DNA of 63,800 nucleotides, the filler included, from Octopus bimaculoides (Eukaryota): NCBI RefSeq assembly GCF_001194135.2. It is 5 parts of 5 records of this genome, joined end to end, with 100 filler letters (N's around TTAATTAATTAA, not from the genome) between each part and the next. Parts side by side here need not be neighbours in the genome. Positions count along the whole stretch, not along the records: positions 1 to 28,057 come from NC_068989.1; 4 more parts are not named here. One strand, 5' to 3'. Positions 9,866-23,673 of this stretch are shown here, piece after piece. Within the stretch, counting starts at the first letter, position 1. Each line of letters begins with the position of its first letter. Made by a program: the position numbers and the translations under genes. Below the pieces are notes generated by a model. The model did no database searches, was not told the DNA's origin, and worked only from the letters and a program-made list of their open reading frames with translations.

Positions 9866-12800
9866 TGTAGTTATATATATATATAGCGGCTAAACACATC
9901 TTTTAATTTAACGGGTTGTTTTACCGCTTAGAGCCATCTAGAGAACTTGTACGATCGCTAATTGAGACGAACTGATGTAAGCAATATCATCGTCATCGTT
10001 ATCCTCATCAATAATATCGTCGTCGTCGTCCTTGTTTTCATCATAATCATCACCAATAACATCGTCGATACCATCACACTCTACTCAATACCATTATAAT
10101 TTCAACCCATTTTTCTTTTTTACCATTTGTCATTATATTTCAGATTCATTTCTCTAAGCAATTCTATTCTTTTTTTATTCAAATTACATTCAGTTCGAAA
10201 ATATCTATAATAAATCTACAAATTTATGTACCCCGATCCATGACGGATATGCTGACGCTCCAAACGCCGATCTGATGATTTTCATCGTTAAAACCAAACT
10301 TTACAGAGACATCGCCTTTTTTTGCACCCAGAGGTTTGTATAGTCCCTATTTAATCAAGGAAATTATCTACCCAACAATAATCTAGATATTAGATATTCT
10401 TTCCTATAATATCATTATATTGCTGTAATTATTGTCTAACGGCAGCGAAATCTCGCGGTCGTTAGAAATTTGGATAGAATAACTTCTCGTATACGTTCCG
10501 GGTTTGTGTGCTCTGAAATCACATCCCGCAGAAGTTAAGTTTGTCCTTCATTTTTTCATTCATTGTTGAAAAAAGTAACCAGTCGAAGCGTTGGTGAAAA
10601 TGGTGAAAATGGTGAAATTGCTTTGTATCGAACGCGACGCGTTAAGTATTTTGGTCGACTGTTGTACCTTTTAACGACAATTCCTGATACTACGCTGGTA
10701 TTAGGCTGCATAGCTTTTCGTGTTTCCCTAGTACAGTACCAGTTGCTTGGACAGGGCAAAACTCGTATGCATGGGTTACTGTTACTCTTATATAAGCCTT
10801 ATTTCTAACTATCCTGGTCCTGCCTCACCCCTGGTTCTTAATAATTCGAGACGAGGGACTGTGGAGGAATCTTTACATGATCTGGTTCCTCAAAATTAGA
10901 CCATCTGCAACCCATATCTCCAAGTCCAACTCACACGAACATCTTTTAATCGCAAACTGACGGAGTACACTTTGATGTGGTAGTTGGAGCGTCATGCACA
11001 ACTGCAGCAATGAAATACAACTTCGTTCGAAGTTTATCGCTCCTAAGGCGCCGGAAAAAGGTATTAGAGACAGAAGCGGTTGCAATTCATCATCCGACTG
11101 TCTAGCTGTTTCTTTTCCTTGAAGTATCGTGTAGTTACTTCCATGGATTTTACCTATTATCAATCGATGGACATGGTGTCAAAAGAATGAATTATATAAG
11201 ATCTCCACAGTTAATTTTTGTGAAACGTAATTTTGCTCTATATTTCCTGTAAATTTGCATAGATTTTAATTTTCTCTCTTCTAAAAGAACAAAAAATATA
11301 CTCAAATAGTTGCATGGACCCCAAGTTACCAACAGGTTACGAAATGAAATGATACATGTTGCAATTTGACAAAGTGGGAGCGGACTTCTATGTTCAAAGA
11401 TCGCTTTAAGGTTATGATTTGACTACTGTTTTTAGCAACCTGAATAACTGCTTAACATGATGCCTTTACTGTTGTTGTAGTTGATGTTATTTTCTTTGGC
11501 ACAGACAGGCACTCCACATCCCCGTATCATATTCGTAATTCACCCGTTGCCTTGTCAGTATCTATTTTGCAGACTAACTTTCATCGGACGGAAACTCCGT
11601 GTTTCGGATCAACTCAGATACCACTTACAATTGTTGACATGCGTTCTTTCCGTTTTTTTGGTTTGTTTAGCTTTTTATTCATCTTATTTATTTTATTTTT
11701 GTTAAACGAAGCGACGAGATGGGGTTATTTCACTTGTTCCAAATTCCTCAACATTTACAAAGCTGTATTTCTCGTTCCTGTTATTCACGAAACTGATTTT
11801 AACTGTAAAATATTTCTATCATCTATTTCCTTTTCAATGTATCCCTTATTTTCTGTTTAAATTGTTTTGTTGTTGATATCCTATGCTACAACAGTAGTTG
11901 CAACCAGCCAAAACAGCTGCGGTTAAAATACCAGAAAGAGTCATTGTAAGGAATATCAAAAGACGGTATCGATAAAAGCCATATAATATTTCATCGTATA
12001 TTACGTCGCTTCCGGATTTCTAGTTTTGTATTTTACAGTGTAGCAACGATAATCCCATGGACTTAACTTTCCACTGTAGTTCAGAACCAAGAGATTAAAA
12101 GCAAGAAGGAATATAAAGACAGAATGTCCAAGAATACCCAACCAGAGATTAACGAGGGATGTTAGGCTATTCTATTCTTTGTTTAATCTTTTACTTACTT
12201 GCCTATTACTCAGTTTTCTGGTTGTCTACCCTAGAGTATTTCTTTTTTGCTCTCTTCTTCTCGTAATTTAACTTGAATACACATGCGCGCTTACACACAT
12301 ACACACACATACACACATACTCAGAAACACACACTCATACACATACACACGCGCACATATAAAGACACATACACACACACACACACACATATATATATAT
12401 GCATATATCTGTATATGTGTATGCACATATACATGAATATATATATATATATATNNNNNNNNNNNNNNNNNNNNNNNNNNNNNNNNNNNNNNNNNNNNNN
12501 NNNNNNNNNNNNNNNNNNNNNNNNNNNNNNNNNNNNNNNNNNNNNNNNNNNNNNNNNNNNNNNNNNNNNNNNNNNNNNNNNNNNNNNNNNNNNNNNNNNN
12601 NNNNNNNNNNNNNNNNNNNNNNNNNNNNNNNNNNNNNNNNNNNNNNNNNNNNNNNNNNNNNNNNNNNNNNNNNNNNNNNNNNNNNNNNNNNNTGTGTGTG
12701 TGTGTGTGTGTGTTTGTCTGTGTCTGTGTCTGTGTCTGTGCGAGCGCTCGCGCGTGTAAGGGAGATGTAAGTAAAATATGTATATATATATATATATATA

Positions 12801-13034
12801 TATTCCTCGAAAGGTGTGTTGAGCGCATACGTAGCACCCAACCTCTTCCTCTTTCTAATCTATCCCACCTGCACTCTGGCAAAGAAGTTGTTCGTTTGTC
12901 CCTCGACGAGAATACACAGGACCATTTTCTTCCCCGACAGCTGCCCCAACCAAATGCTTAGAGATGTATCTGGTCTTTTATTGAGGATATCTTTCGCATC
13001 TCACAGTACATTGTATTCAATATATTATTCTTGA

Positions 13035-13181
13035 AGGGCGGCGAGCTGGCAGAAACGTTAGCACGCCGGCGAAATGCTTAGCGGTATTTCGTCTGCTGTT
13101 ATGTTCTTAGTTCAAATTCCGCCGAGGTCGACTTTGCCTTTCATCCTTTCGGGGTCGATTAAATAAGTACCAATTACGCAC
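13035..13181 (+). mobile_element. tRNA-derived SINE family B
   Basis: ggcggcgagctggcagaaacgttagcacg...gttcaaattccgccgaggtcgactttgcctttcatcctttcggggtcga; many related copies in the window. Confidence 0.9.
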
Positions 13182-14099
13182 TAAGTGGACTGCTAATGTG
13201 CTAGAAGAAGATCACATGTCATGTGTCTATTAAGACCGAATGACTCTAAAGGGAATTCAGCGAAGCAACAAAAACGTAAAGCATTATATATTCAAATGCG
13301 TGTGTTTGACCCCAACTTCATCCCATTTGACAACAGGTATTCGTTTGTTTACTTCCTCGTGAAGTGACGGGTCAGTAGTAGGGGAAAAATACCCTAAGAT
13401 CCAGACTTGTAAAAAGAAGGACTAGAATCGTTCTTTTTTTTTTTTTCCTTTTATTCGCCTGCAAGGCGTTGCAGCCAGCAATGCTGAAGTTCAACGACTG
13501 AAACAATTAAAATATATAAGATAAAAGTTAAAAGATATCTACAGTCAGTCCCTTTCTCTTTTCAAGACTATATATGTCCTGCAAGATTTATCTTCTCCTT
13601 GTTTATGACTCTATATTGCTTACATTTTCCCCCGTCTTCACACCGTCAATGTATCACTCTTTCTCTGTTCCTCTCTCATTATCTCTATTTGTCTTGTTTC
13701 TTTCCATAGCTTTCACTCATTATAATAGGCTTTATCACCCAGTTTCACACATATATATAATATTATCTCAATCCTTCGACCCACCACCAGGAAATAATTA
13801 TATTTTCGTTGCTATGTTTTTATGCCCTTCTGAGTTTGAGAAACATTTTACGTTTACCTGAACAGCGAAGAAATATAACGTTTGAGATTCCAATTAGCAA
13901 TTTTCGCTATCGTTTGCATTTGGTTCCATTCCAACTTACTGGAGCTGTTCGGCGGCATTGTTTGGTTATCACAGCTGGTCCAAATATCTATATATATATA
14001 TATATGCTTGCGTATGTGTGAGTGCGTACATATATACACACATATACATGCATACAAACATATTTCTGTGTATATATTTTATGTACACATATGCTTATA

Positions 14100-14178
<79 letters not shown>

Positions 14179-16998
14179 GTATANNNNNNNNNNNNNNNNN
14201 NNNNNNNNNNNNNNNNNNNNNNNNNNNNNNNNNNNNNNNNNNNNNNNNNNNNNNNNNNNNNNNNNNNNNNNNNNNNNNNNNNNNNNNNNNNNNNNNNNNN
14301 NNNNNNNNNNNNNNNNNNNNNNNNNNNNNNNNNNNNNNNNNNNNNNNNNNNNNNNNNNNNNNNNNNNNNNNNNNNNNTATATATATATAGATGTATATGC
14401 ATATATGTATGTATGTATTTATATATATGTATATATATATATATATACATATATGTATGTATGTATATATATATATGTATGTGTGCGTGAAGTATATGTA
14501 TATATGTATGTGTGTGTAAGTATATGTATGTATGCATGTATGTACTTGTATATATAGATGTCTACATGCAAATGCGCTTGTATATAGTTGTACAGATGTA
14601 GCCAGCCTGTTATACATATGCTTGTTCCTTCCAACCTATCTATAGCGAAAGTTCAACCGTAGTCTTGACATATTTTGTTTAAAACAATTTTTTGCCTGTA
14701 AATCATATTTACACCTGGCAACTTTCTCTGTCCCTCTTTATTTCTCTCTTTCTGTCTCTCTCTCTCTTTCTCCTTTTCTTGTTATATGCTTGTTCTACAC
14801 ACACACACATACACACACACACACATACACACACACACACACATACACACACACACATACACACACACACATACACACACACACATTCATACATACACAT
14901 ATACGAAACACAGACTATACTGTTTCTTTTCTTTTCTACGCTTTTTATCCATGTTATTTTATCTGTTCTACTCACTTCTTCGCAGTTTCCTTACGCATTA
15001 ATCAATTCGTGTTACTCCATATGTAAGATCCCTTCACATTTATCATTTCCGCTCATCCGCTTTAGCAACTTCAATTATTTGGAGATATAAATACAGGTGG
15101 CCCTCGCTTCTATAATTTACACAAAACGTCCAAACTCAATCTATCTTAACTTTAGCTTCAGTTGATCCTTATGTTGTAACTTCACCATTTTGGCGAGTAC
15201 CTTTTGTGAAATAGTTGCCTACCTGTTTTTTTTGTTTGTTTTTTTCTTCTTGTGTGTGATACATAGTTCTGCGAGAATTCACCAAATTAATGAGGTGTTA
15301 AGCTATTACTAGAATCTGAGTAATTAGTATTAGTTTTATCTTTCTTTCTTAGAATTCTTGCTTGTTGAGGTTTTTTCTAAACGCTTTATGTCGGGTGGAG
15401 TCTTCAGAAATATTTCTACGTTTGAAAAGAAACAATTGGTATAATTAATTGTCACGAAGATGGGGAAAGAGCTAAAAATACCAAAATAATGAACTAAATG
15501 GTTTGAAGTATTTCTTTTCATTTCCCACACCCACGACTGTAGGATATTTGTAGTGTCGATTTTCGCTTTCGATTTCTCACGACTTCACCACCAGCATAGC
15601 TGAATTCTATGTAATATGTACTAAAATTACACCTGAAACTATTAATTCAGATTGCATACCCTTGTTCCCTTAGCTGCTGGCCTTAGTAAGAAGTGACTAC
15701 TTAATTAGTTTATTCATGTTGAAACGAAAAGTCATCTGATTCGTGATCTAATCGTGTTCTAACTTATTGACCAAACAATCCACTATTCTCTTGAGAATGT
15801 CCCATGCGTTTCATCTTGACCCCTGTACAAATTCTAGTATGGACTACGAATTCGCGCCAATTCAGATAACATACTAAAATATATTGATTCTATCATCATC
15901 ACGACTTTTTTGTCGAATGCATTCTCACTTATTCACTAAAAGTCCATATTTTCTCGTATAATATATGATAAATAATCGGTTCTTTCTAATAAACCATTTG
16001 ACGATTTCTCTTCATTATTAAGTACAAGAAATTTGTGTTTTTGCTTTTACTATTCGGAAGAGGATGGACAGTGATCATGACGCTTGCAGCCAAGTGAGAT
16101 TTCTAACCCGCAAAAATATTCCGTGCTAATGTCCACAAGTTGCCTCTTTTAGCCAATATGTTTTGGGAAGTTCTTCAGCTTAATTTGCTGAAGAGGAAAT
16201 CAGAGACTTGTTACGAATAATTTCACCAGAGTAAATCCACGTAAGCAATCCATTTAGTAATATCAAACAGGGAGGCGTATTGGATCTTATCAAAAGCAAT
16301 AACACAGAAGGTTGTTTTGGTCAATTTCATCGACATTCATATAATATTTATAACTTAAGTAATTTAGACACGTTTTAGCCATTATTAACCTAGGCTGTGT
16401 CTATCTTAATAGCACCATTTAGGGGTAGTCTTTTAAATTTTGCTTTAGGACATTGTAATCGACTTAACTGGGGAGTTGTTTCTTAAGTAAGAACTTCTCC
16501 AGGTACGATTTGAATGTCATGGAGAATTTGATTTTATAGTAAACCCGAAGGAATTTAAACTCAGAAGCTACATGCAGATAATTTTAAAGCATTTATTCGC
16601 GAGCTCTGCTCACTGATATGCGTTAATTAATTCTGAATTTTTAAGGCGTATAGGAGATTTTAGTAAACTCATAAAGACTTATTTTTAATGGTTAATACTT
16701 TAAGGGAAACACCATACTAAGTAGACTATCGTCAATTTCCGGCATTTCTACGTAAAGTGTTAACGATATCAGTGACGTGACACTACATCAACGATGAAAG
16801 GAAACGGGGCTGTTGGTTTTGGTAAGACACGAATCTTACATCTTGGTTCACAACAGCCTCATACTATAAATTTTCTATTGATTCAGCATTTTACGAAAAT
16901 AGCTTACATGATTCATAAATATATTGTTAAAGTGCCTTCATGACTTCACGAGTTTCGTATTTTTTAATGTTGGTTTTCTAATTATATTTTGTTTTCTC

Positions 16999-17059
<61 letters not shown>

Positions 17060-17116
17060 TATGTGTGTGTGTGTGTGAGTGTGTGTGTGTGTGTATGTGT
17101 GTGTGTGTGAGTGTGT

Positions 17117-17157
<41 letters not shown>

Positions 17158-18009
17158 CATATATATATGTATATGTACATAAATATGTGTGTCTCTGAGT
17201 TGTTAAAGAGTGTTAGGACCCTTTATGCATTATTTTCTCCACCCAACACTTCAAAATGATTAAAGAGATGTCAAAACCAGATTGAAAAGAGAGGAACTAT
17301 TTAAAAGGGGCCGGCCAGATAAGACAGGCTGTCAAATAAGGAAGAAACTATACTGGGGGATCTATAGAAAAAGTTAAGAGTAGCAGAGTCGTCGAGGAGA
17401 ATACGAAATTTCAAGCTAATTTCCTAAAGGATTTAGAACCGCTGAAAAGTTACAAAATACACATTACTTGCTGTCATAAGAATATATATTAAACAAGGCT
17501 GGACATAGTTGATGACATAACCGCAACAGTAGTAATAAACTTTTTAGATTGTAATAAATTCCATCATAAATAGATGTTAGCACCTTCTCTTTCTTCCTTT
17601 CTTCCTCTTCCTCTCTATCTCTTTCTCTGTTCCTCTTTCTCTTTCTCTCTCTCGTTCTGTTTCTCTTTGTAGAAGTAATATTATTTTTGTTGCCGTGCCT
17701 CAGCCTGAGACCATCCTTGATCATTCCGTCCTTCCACAGGGATTGTATTTCTCCGATTAATCGTTCTATTTTTTTTTTCACGAGAAAATGAGGGGAGATT
17801 TCAGGGAGTTTTGGTAGCTATTTCTAGCGGATAGATCTGCCAGAAATAGAATTGAATATTGTTGCTGGTTCAGAACATAAGATTTAGAGAGTGCTGAACA
17901 AGGTGGCCATGGTTCGGAAAAGCTTTTGAAGGAAAGACTCCGCAAAATTAATGTTGTACGTTTGCAACATTAATAACTCTTTCTATAATAATAATAATAA
18001 TAATAATAA

Positions 18010-18313
18010 TGTTTATATATTCGTTTTGCAAGATTCTTGATGTGAAATAGTGTGTTGAAACAGATATTGTTGTATTTGGGGATGGTCATGTTGCCAGTTT
18101 AGCCAATAAAAACACACGCACTATATATTTGGTGTTAATTTACTTCAGCTTTATTTTACATTAATCGTATTTCGTCATAGAAGTGTGACGAAAGAACTCT
18201 GGACGAAATACGATTAATGTAAAATAAAGCTGAAGCAAATTAACATCAAATATATAGTGCGTGTGTTTTTATTGGCTAAACTGGCAACATGACCATCCCC
18301 AAATACAACAATA
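18010..18313. repeat. Long inverted repeat, probably an inverted Penelope pLTR pair
   Basis: Arms 18065-18176 and 18202-18313 (112 bp, 2 mismatches), 25-bp spacer, flanked by (AAT)n on both sides. Confidence 0.9.
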
Positions 18314-18660
18314 ATAATAATAATCCTTTCTGTCATTAATAACCCTTTCTATCATAGGCACAGGACATGAAATTTGAAGGAGGGGATAGACAATTATGTC
18401 GACCTCGGTACTCAACAGGTACTCAGTCGATTTCGATTACCCGTTCAAGTAATTTCACTTCCTTCACTTTATAACTCTATCAAAAAGATACAAACATGAA
18501 ACTTCTGCCGAGCTAGTAGGTTAAGAGGAGGCAGACAAACCAACACCGATAGTAGAACTTTGATGGGAAACAACACAAATACAAAGAAAATATACACACA
18601 AAATAGACATACACACGCGCGAGCATATATAACAAGCGCTTTGCTCAAGAGCACAACACA

Positions 18661-18775
18661 AGGTCGACTTTGCCTTTCATTCTTACGGGGTCGATAAAAT
18701 AAGTACCAGTTGAACACTGGATCGATGTAATCGACTAGTCCCTTCCCCCAAAATTGATGCCGTTATGTGTATGTC
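18661..18775 (+). mobile_element. SINE family B, 5'-truncated
   Basis: ggtcgactttgcctttcattcttacggggtcgataaaataagtaccagtt matches the family B core. Confidence 0.75.
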
Positions 18776-18821
18776 CATTGTGTGATACCATTATAATGCT
18801 AGATTTCCCTTCTAGGCCAGT

Positions 18822-18970
18822 TACTAAAATTACAGCATACGTAACCAGCTATATGTGTTTTTTGTCTACATCGTAGCGAATGTGTCGTATCAAATGTGTC
18901 GTATACTAAAATTACAGCATACGTAGCCAGCTATACGTATTTTTTAACTACATCGTAGCGAATGTGTCGT
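18822..18970. repeat. 67-bp direct duplication with a short templated spacer
   Basis: Units at 18822-18888 and 18904-18970; the spacer contains a third AATGTGTCGT. Confidence 0.9.
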
Positions 18971-19502
18971 CTTAGATAATGCGTCATGGTGACTTGCATT
19001 TTTAAAGAGAGTTGGGTGCAATGGTGAACTTTCTAAATTTATTATCTGTATAATTTCGGAGGATTCCATTAACGAAAAAATATATTTGCATGCCATTTCA
19101 ATCTTTTTATATAATCTTTGGTATGTTTTATTTACATTTCAGATAATATATTCGTAGTATAGAACTCAACAGATTCTATTTTACATTCACATCGGTTTTA
19201 TCTGCCTATTTGCAATGTTTTTCTATCCTATGATGAGTAATACATACGTGTACACGTGTGTACGTGTATGTATTACTGTGTTTGTGAGTGTGTGTGTGTT
19301 TATGTGCGTGTTCATGTGTGAGTGAAAACGCGAATGAAAACAAGGTAAGAAAAGAGTACTCAATACCGGTGTAGAATTATAAATAGTAACCGTTTGAAAG
19401 TTTCAAAAGTCATTACTCCGAATATTTTTGTTTCTGAAAATTCCTTTGAACTAATAGATTATCCCACTTAAACCATTTTACGTTTTAAAATATATTTAAG
19501 CT

Positions 19503-19960
19503 AAGGCGGCGAGATGGTAGAAACGTTAGCACGTCTTCACGTTCTGAGTTCAAATGCCGTCGATATCGACTTTGCCTTTCATCCTTTCGGGGTCGATAAA
19601 TTAAGTACCAGTTACGCACTGAGGTCGATATAATCGACTTAATCCGTTTGTCTCTCTTTTTCCTCTTTTTGTGTATCCCCTTGTGGGCAGTAAAGAAATA
19701 AGAAACGTTAGCACGCAGGGCGAAATGCTTAGCGGTATTTCGTCTGTCTTTACATTCTGATTTCAAATTCCGCCGAGGTCGACCTTGCCTTTCATCCTTT
19801 CGGGGCCGATAAATTAAGTAGCAGTTGCGAATTGGTGTCGATCCAATCGACTGGCCCTCTCCCCAAATATTTTGGGCCTTGTGCCTAGAGTAGTAAAGAC
19901 CTTTCAAGGGCGATGCCGCAGCATAACTACAGACTGATGAGTGAAACACGCAAACGATAA
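19503..19960 (+). mobile_element. Nested family B SINEs: a truncated copy (19534-19700) inside the head of another
   Basis: 15-bp direct repeat AGAAACGTTAGCACG at 19519-19533 and 19701-19715 brackets the inner copy. Confidence 0.85.
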
Positions 19961-20611
19961 AATAAAAAATATATATATATCCTCGTGCGCGTGCGCGTGT
20001 GCGCATGTGTGTGTGTGTGTGTGCTTGTATGTGTGTGCAATCTTTTTTTTGTAACTGCCCAAGTAGATCACCTGTTGTTACCTTGAGGGAGAGCTGTCGA
20101 CATTTTCAATATTGTTCTGTTGATGAGGATGCTGATGTGATTTCAGTTACTTAGTTATCATTCGTTCCTCCCCACCATTGCTTTCCACTTCCTCCCACTA
20201 ATGCTCCTCGTCAAAGCTCTGACAGTTATTAAAAAGAAAGAAGAGAAAAAAGAAGACAGGAGTTTCCTAAAAGATTTCTGAGCCTGTGTGTGTGTTTTGT
20301 TTTGTAGTTTTTTTTTTAAATAACGTTATATTTTTGTTTTACTGTTTTCCTTTTTTCCTTTATATCTTTCTGTTTTTTTTCTCTTTTTGCTACGAGAATT
20401 TGGGTTTATGTGTATATTTGTGTGCTGTTGTGTACTAGTGAGCATATGCTTGGCCGATTTTATTCCTATGTGTGTATGGATATATATATATATATATTTA
20501 TAATGATCTTTGGTATGTACGTGCGAGTATCAGAATGCATACGTATATTATATAGTCCTTTACATACATGAATAGATATGTGTGTGTATATACATATACG
20601 TATATATATAC

Positions 20612-20734
<123 letters not shown>

Positions 20735-21785
20735 TGTATGCATGTATGTGTGTGTATATACATATTTATACAAATATACATATTCATATATGTATATATA
20801 TATATATAATAATTATATGTAGTCTACTTGTCTATATGTGTGTTTATGTATGAATTGCTATGCGTATATTTGTGTGGAGATGCGTGTTTGTGTGTGCGGC
20901 GCCGCACATGTGCTTGTGTGTGTGAGGAGTTGCCTGTGTGTATGTGTCTGTGTGTGTTTGTGTGTGTGTGTAAATATCCTTTTCTTTATTTTTTAAAGCT
21001 CTAAACAACCCCTCTTCACTTTCTTCTAACAGCAACTTCCGTAAAACAGAGATTTACTCTTTCATTTGGTCTCCTTCTTCATTTCTATAATTCCCTTTAC
21101 TTCTCCTTCACCCTCTATCTAGTCTCTGCTCTCTCTCTCTCTCTCTCCCCCGCTCTCACTCTNNNNNNNNNNCTCTCTCTCTCTCTCTCTCTCTCTCTCG
21201 CTCTCTCTCTTCCTCTCCTTATTCTTCATTTTAATCACCTCACTCATACTTGGTTTCGTAAACGTCTCCAAAGCCTCTCTCACCAACTCCCGTTCCTAAA
21301 CCTTACCGTCCTCAGCCCCTTCTCCTCCACCTCCTCATCATCATCAACAGCAGCAGCAGCAACAGCAACAACAACAGCAGCAACGAAGTTGTTGCATTTG
21401 TTGTACTCATCGTCATCACTATTGGAGTTGTCATAAATTTTATATTAATATTTCACACCAACAACTGTCATGACGGAAAAAAAAGTAATAATATCAGTGT
21501 GACTGTAATATCAGTCATAGCAATCCTCTTCCCCCCTCCTCTTCCTCCACCTCATCATCATCGTTACGCATGAACATCATGTTCCCTGTTGTCATCATCA
21601 TCATCATCACAACCACCAACAACCTCATCAACACCTAGACCTTTCCAGTGCTATCACTTCGTCAACATCATTCTATACTCATCATTTTAGTTGCCATCTC
21701 AGATTATCATTATGATCATATTACTTACTACTACTACTACTGCTACTATTATAGATTTAAAAGCTAAAATTACTGTCAACTATTT

Positions 21786-22075
21786 ATTTTATGCGCCTTT
21801 TTAAAGCCTAGCCAGGCTCATGGGCCCTGTTTCCCGGTTTCTATGGCGCATATGTTCCCCCCAGCTGGACGGAACGCCAGTCCATCGCAGCGTTACTCAA
21901 GAAACAGGAAGAAAGAGTGAGAGAAAGTCGGGGCGAAAGAGTACAACAGGGGTCGCCACCCCCCACCCCCCTGCCGAAACCTCGTGGAGCTTTAGGTGTT
22001 TTCGCTCAATAAGCACACACAACGCCCGGTCTGGGAATCGAAACCGCGATCCTCCGACCGCGAGTCCGCTGCCCT
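21786..22075 (-). mobile_element. SINE family A head and body with a different 3' tail (A2)
   Basis: Same design as family A up to cttcctgtttc, then ttgagtaacgctgcgatggactggcgttccgtccagc... instead of the A1 tail. The 5' end runs into a gap. Confidence 0.85.
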
Positions 22076-22204
22076 ANNNNNNNNNNNNNNNNNNNNNNNN
22101 NNNNNNNNNNNNNNNNNNNNNNNNNNNNNNNNNNNNNNNNNNNNNNNNNNNNNNNNNNNNNNNNNNNNNNNNNNNNNNNNNNNNNNNNNNNNNNNNNNNN
22201 NNNN

Positions 22205-22308
<104 letters not shown>

Positions 22309-22524
22309 GACTGCTATGACTCCTCTGGAGGGAAAAAAATGAAGTAGACTGACATATCAAATTTCGAACCCGTTGAAGAGACACGAGATACCGAAATATT
22401 GTTCAACAAATTTAATTATGGAACTCTTCTTCTTTATTTACATTTTTTAATAATAATAATAATAANNNNNNNNNNAATAATAATAATAATAATGATAATG
22501 ATGATGATGATGATGGTGATAATT

Positions 22525-22736
22525 GGTTCTGAATTTGGCACACAGGCCAGGAATTTTGAGGACAAGAGCAAGTGGATTACATGGACCTATTTAACTGACT
22601 GATACTTTATCGCATCGTCTTGAAAAGATGAACGGCAAAGTTGACCTCGGTGAGATTTGAACTCAGAATTTTAAGCACTGAAAAGAAATGCTGCTAAGCA
22701 TTTTTCTTGACACATTAACGATTCTGCCAGTTCGCC
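22525..22736 (-). mobile_element. SINE family B, diverged
   Basis: ggcaaagttgacctcggtgagatttgaactcaga...gctaagcattt...gattctgccagttcgcc is the reverse complement of the family B head and core. Confidence 0.75.
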
Positions 22737-23160
22737 AAAAACAAGAACAGCAGCAGAAGCAGCAGCAGTAGGGCGTGGGTGAAGGAGGGGGAGGAGAAAG
22801 TGGGGACAGAACCAAAATAAAAATAACTGTTACACCGCCATTGCCACAGAGATAAGCCGAAATATTTCTATCAAGACCAGCTGACGTATCTGTCCCAGCA
22901 GAGCAGACGGAATATTCTAGATGCGGAAGGTCGACACTCGTTAACCCAAGTTTACACATTCACAACAATAGTCTGATATGTTTAGCTCTCCTAAACACGT
23001 GTACCGTTCTCTGATCGAATACTGTAGCGAGATGTTCCCATGTCGGAAGCAAAGCTTCTTTATTTTTCTACGCCATTCTTTCGTATCTTACTCATCATGT
23101 TTGCATAAACTGCGGTGAAGAAAAATATGTATGAGCAAGATATGGAAATACAGTAATAAG

Positions 23161-23210
<50 letters not shown>

Positions 23211-23642
23211 NNNNNNNNNNNNNNNNNNNNNNNNNNNNNNNNNNNNNNNNNNNNNNNNNNNNNNNNNNNNNNNNNNNNNNNNNNNNNNNNNNNNNNNNNN
23301 NNNNNNNNNNNNNNNNNNNNNNNNNNNNNNNNNNNNNNNNNNNNNNNNNNNNNNNNNNNNNNNNNNNNNNNNNNNNNNNNNNNNNNNNNNNNNNNNNNNN
23401 NNNNNNNNNNNNNNNNNNNNNNNNNNNNNNNNNNNNNNNNNNNNNNNNNNNNNNNNNNNNNNNNNNNNNNNNNNNNNNNNNNNNNNNNNNNNNNNNNNNN
23501 NNNNNNNNNNNNNNNNNNNNNNNNNNNNNNNNNNNNNNNNNNNNNNNNNNNNNNNNNNNNNNNNNNNNNNNNNNNNNNNNNNNNNNNNNNNNNNNNNNNN
23601 NNNNNNNNNNNNNNNNNNNNNNNNNNNNNNNNNNNNNNNNNN

Positions 23643-23673
<31 letters not shown>

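Noticed and set aside
12790-13010. GC-richer unique stretch with open frames
   Set aside because: All frames have stops and I recognised no protein or transposon motif.
19934-19947. CTGATGAGTGAAAC, a perfect-looking hammerhead core
   Set aside because: There is no room for stem II, and it derives by point mutation from the ordinary SINE tail (gtcaaatgactgaaac).
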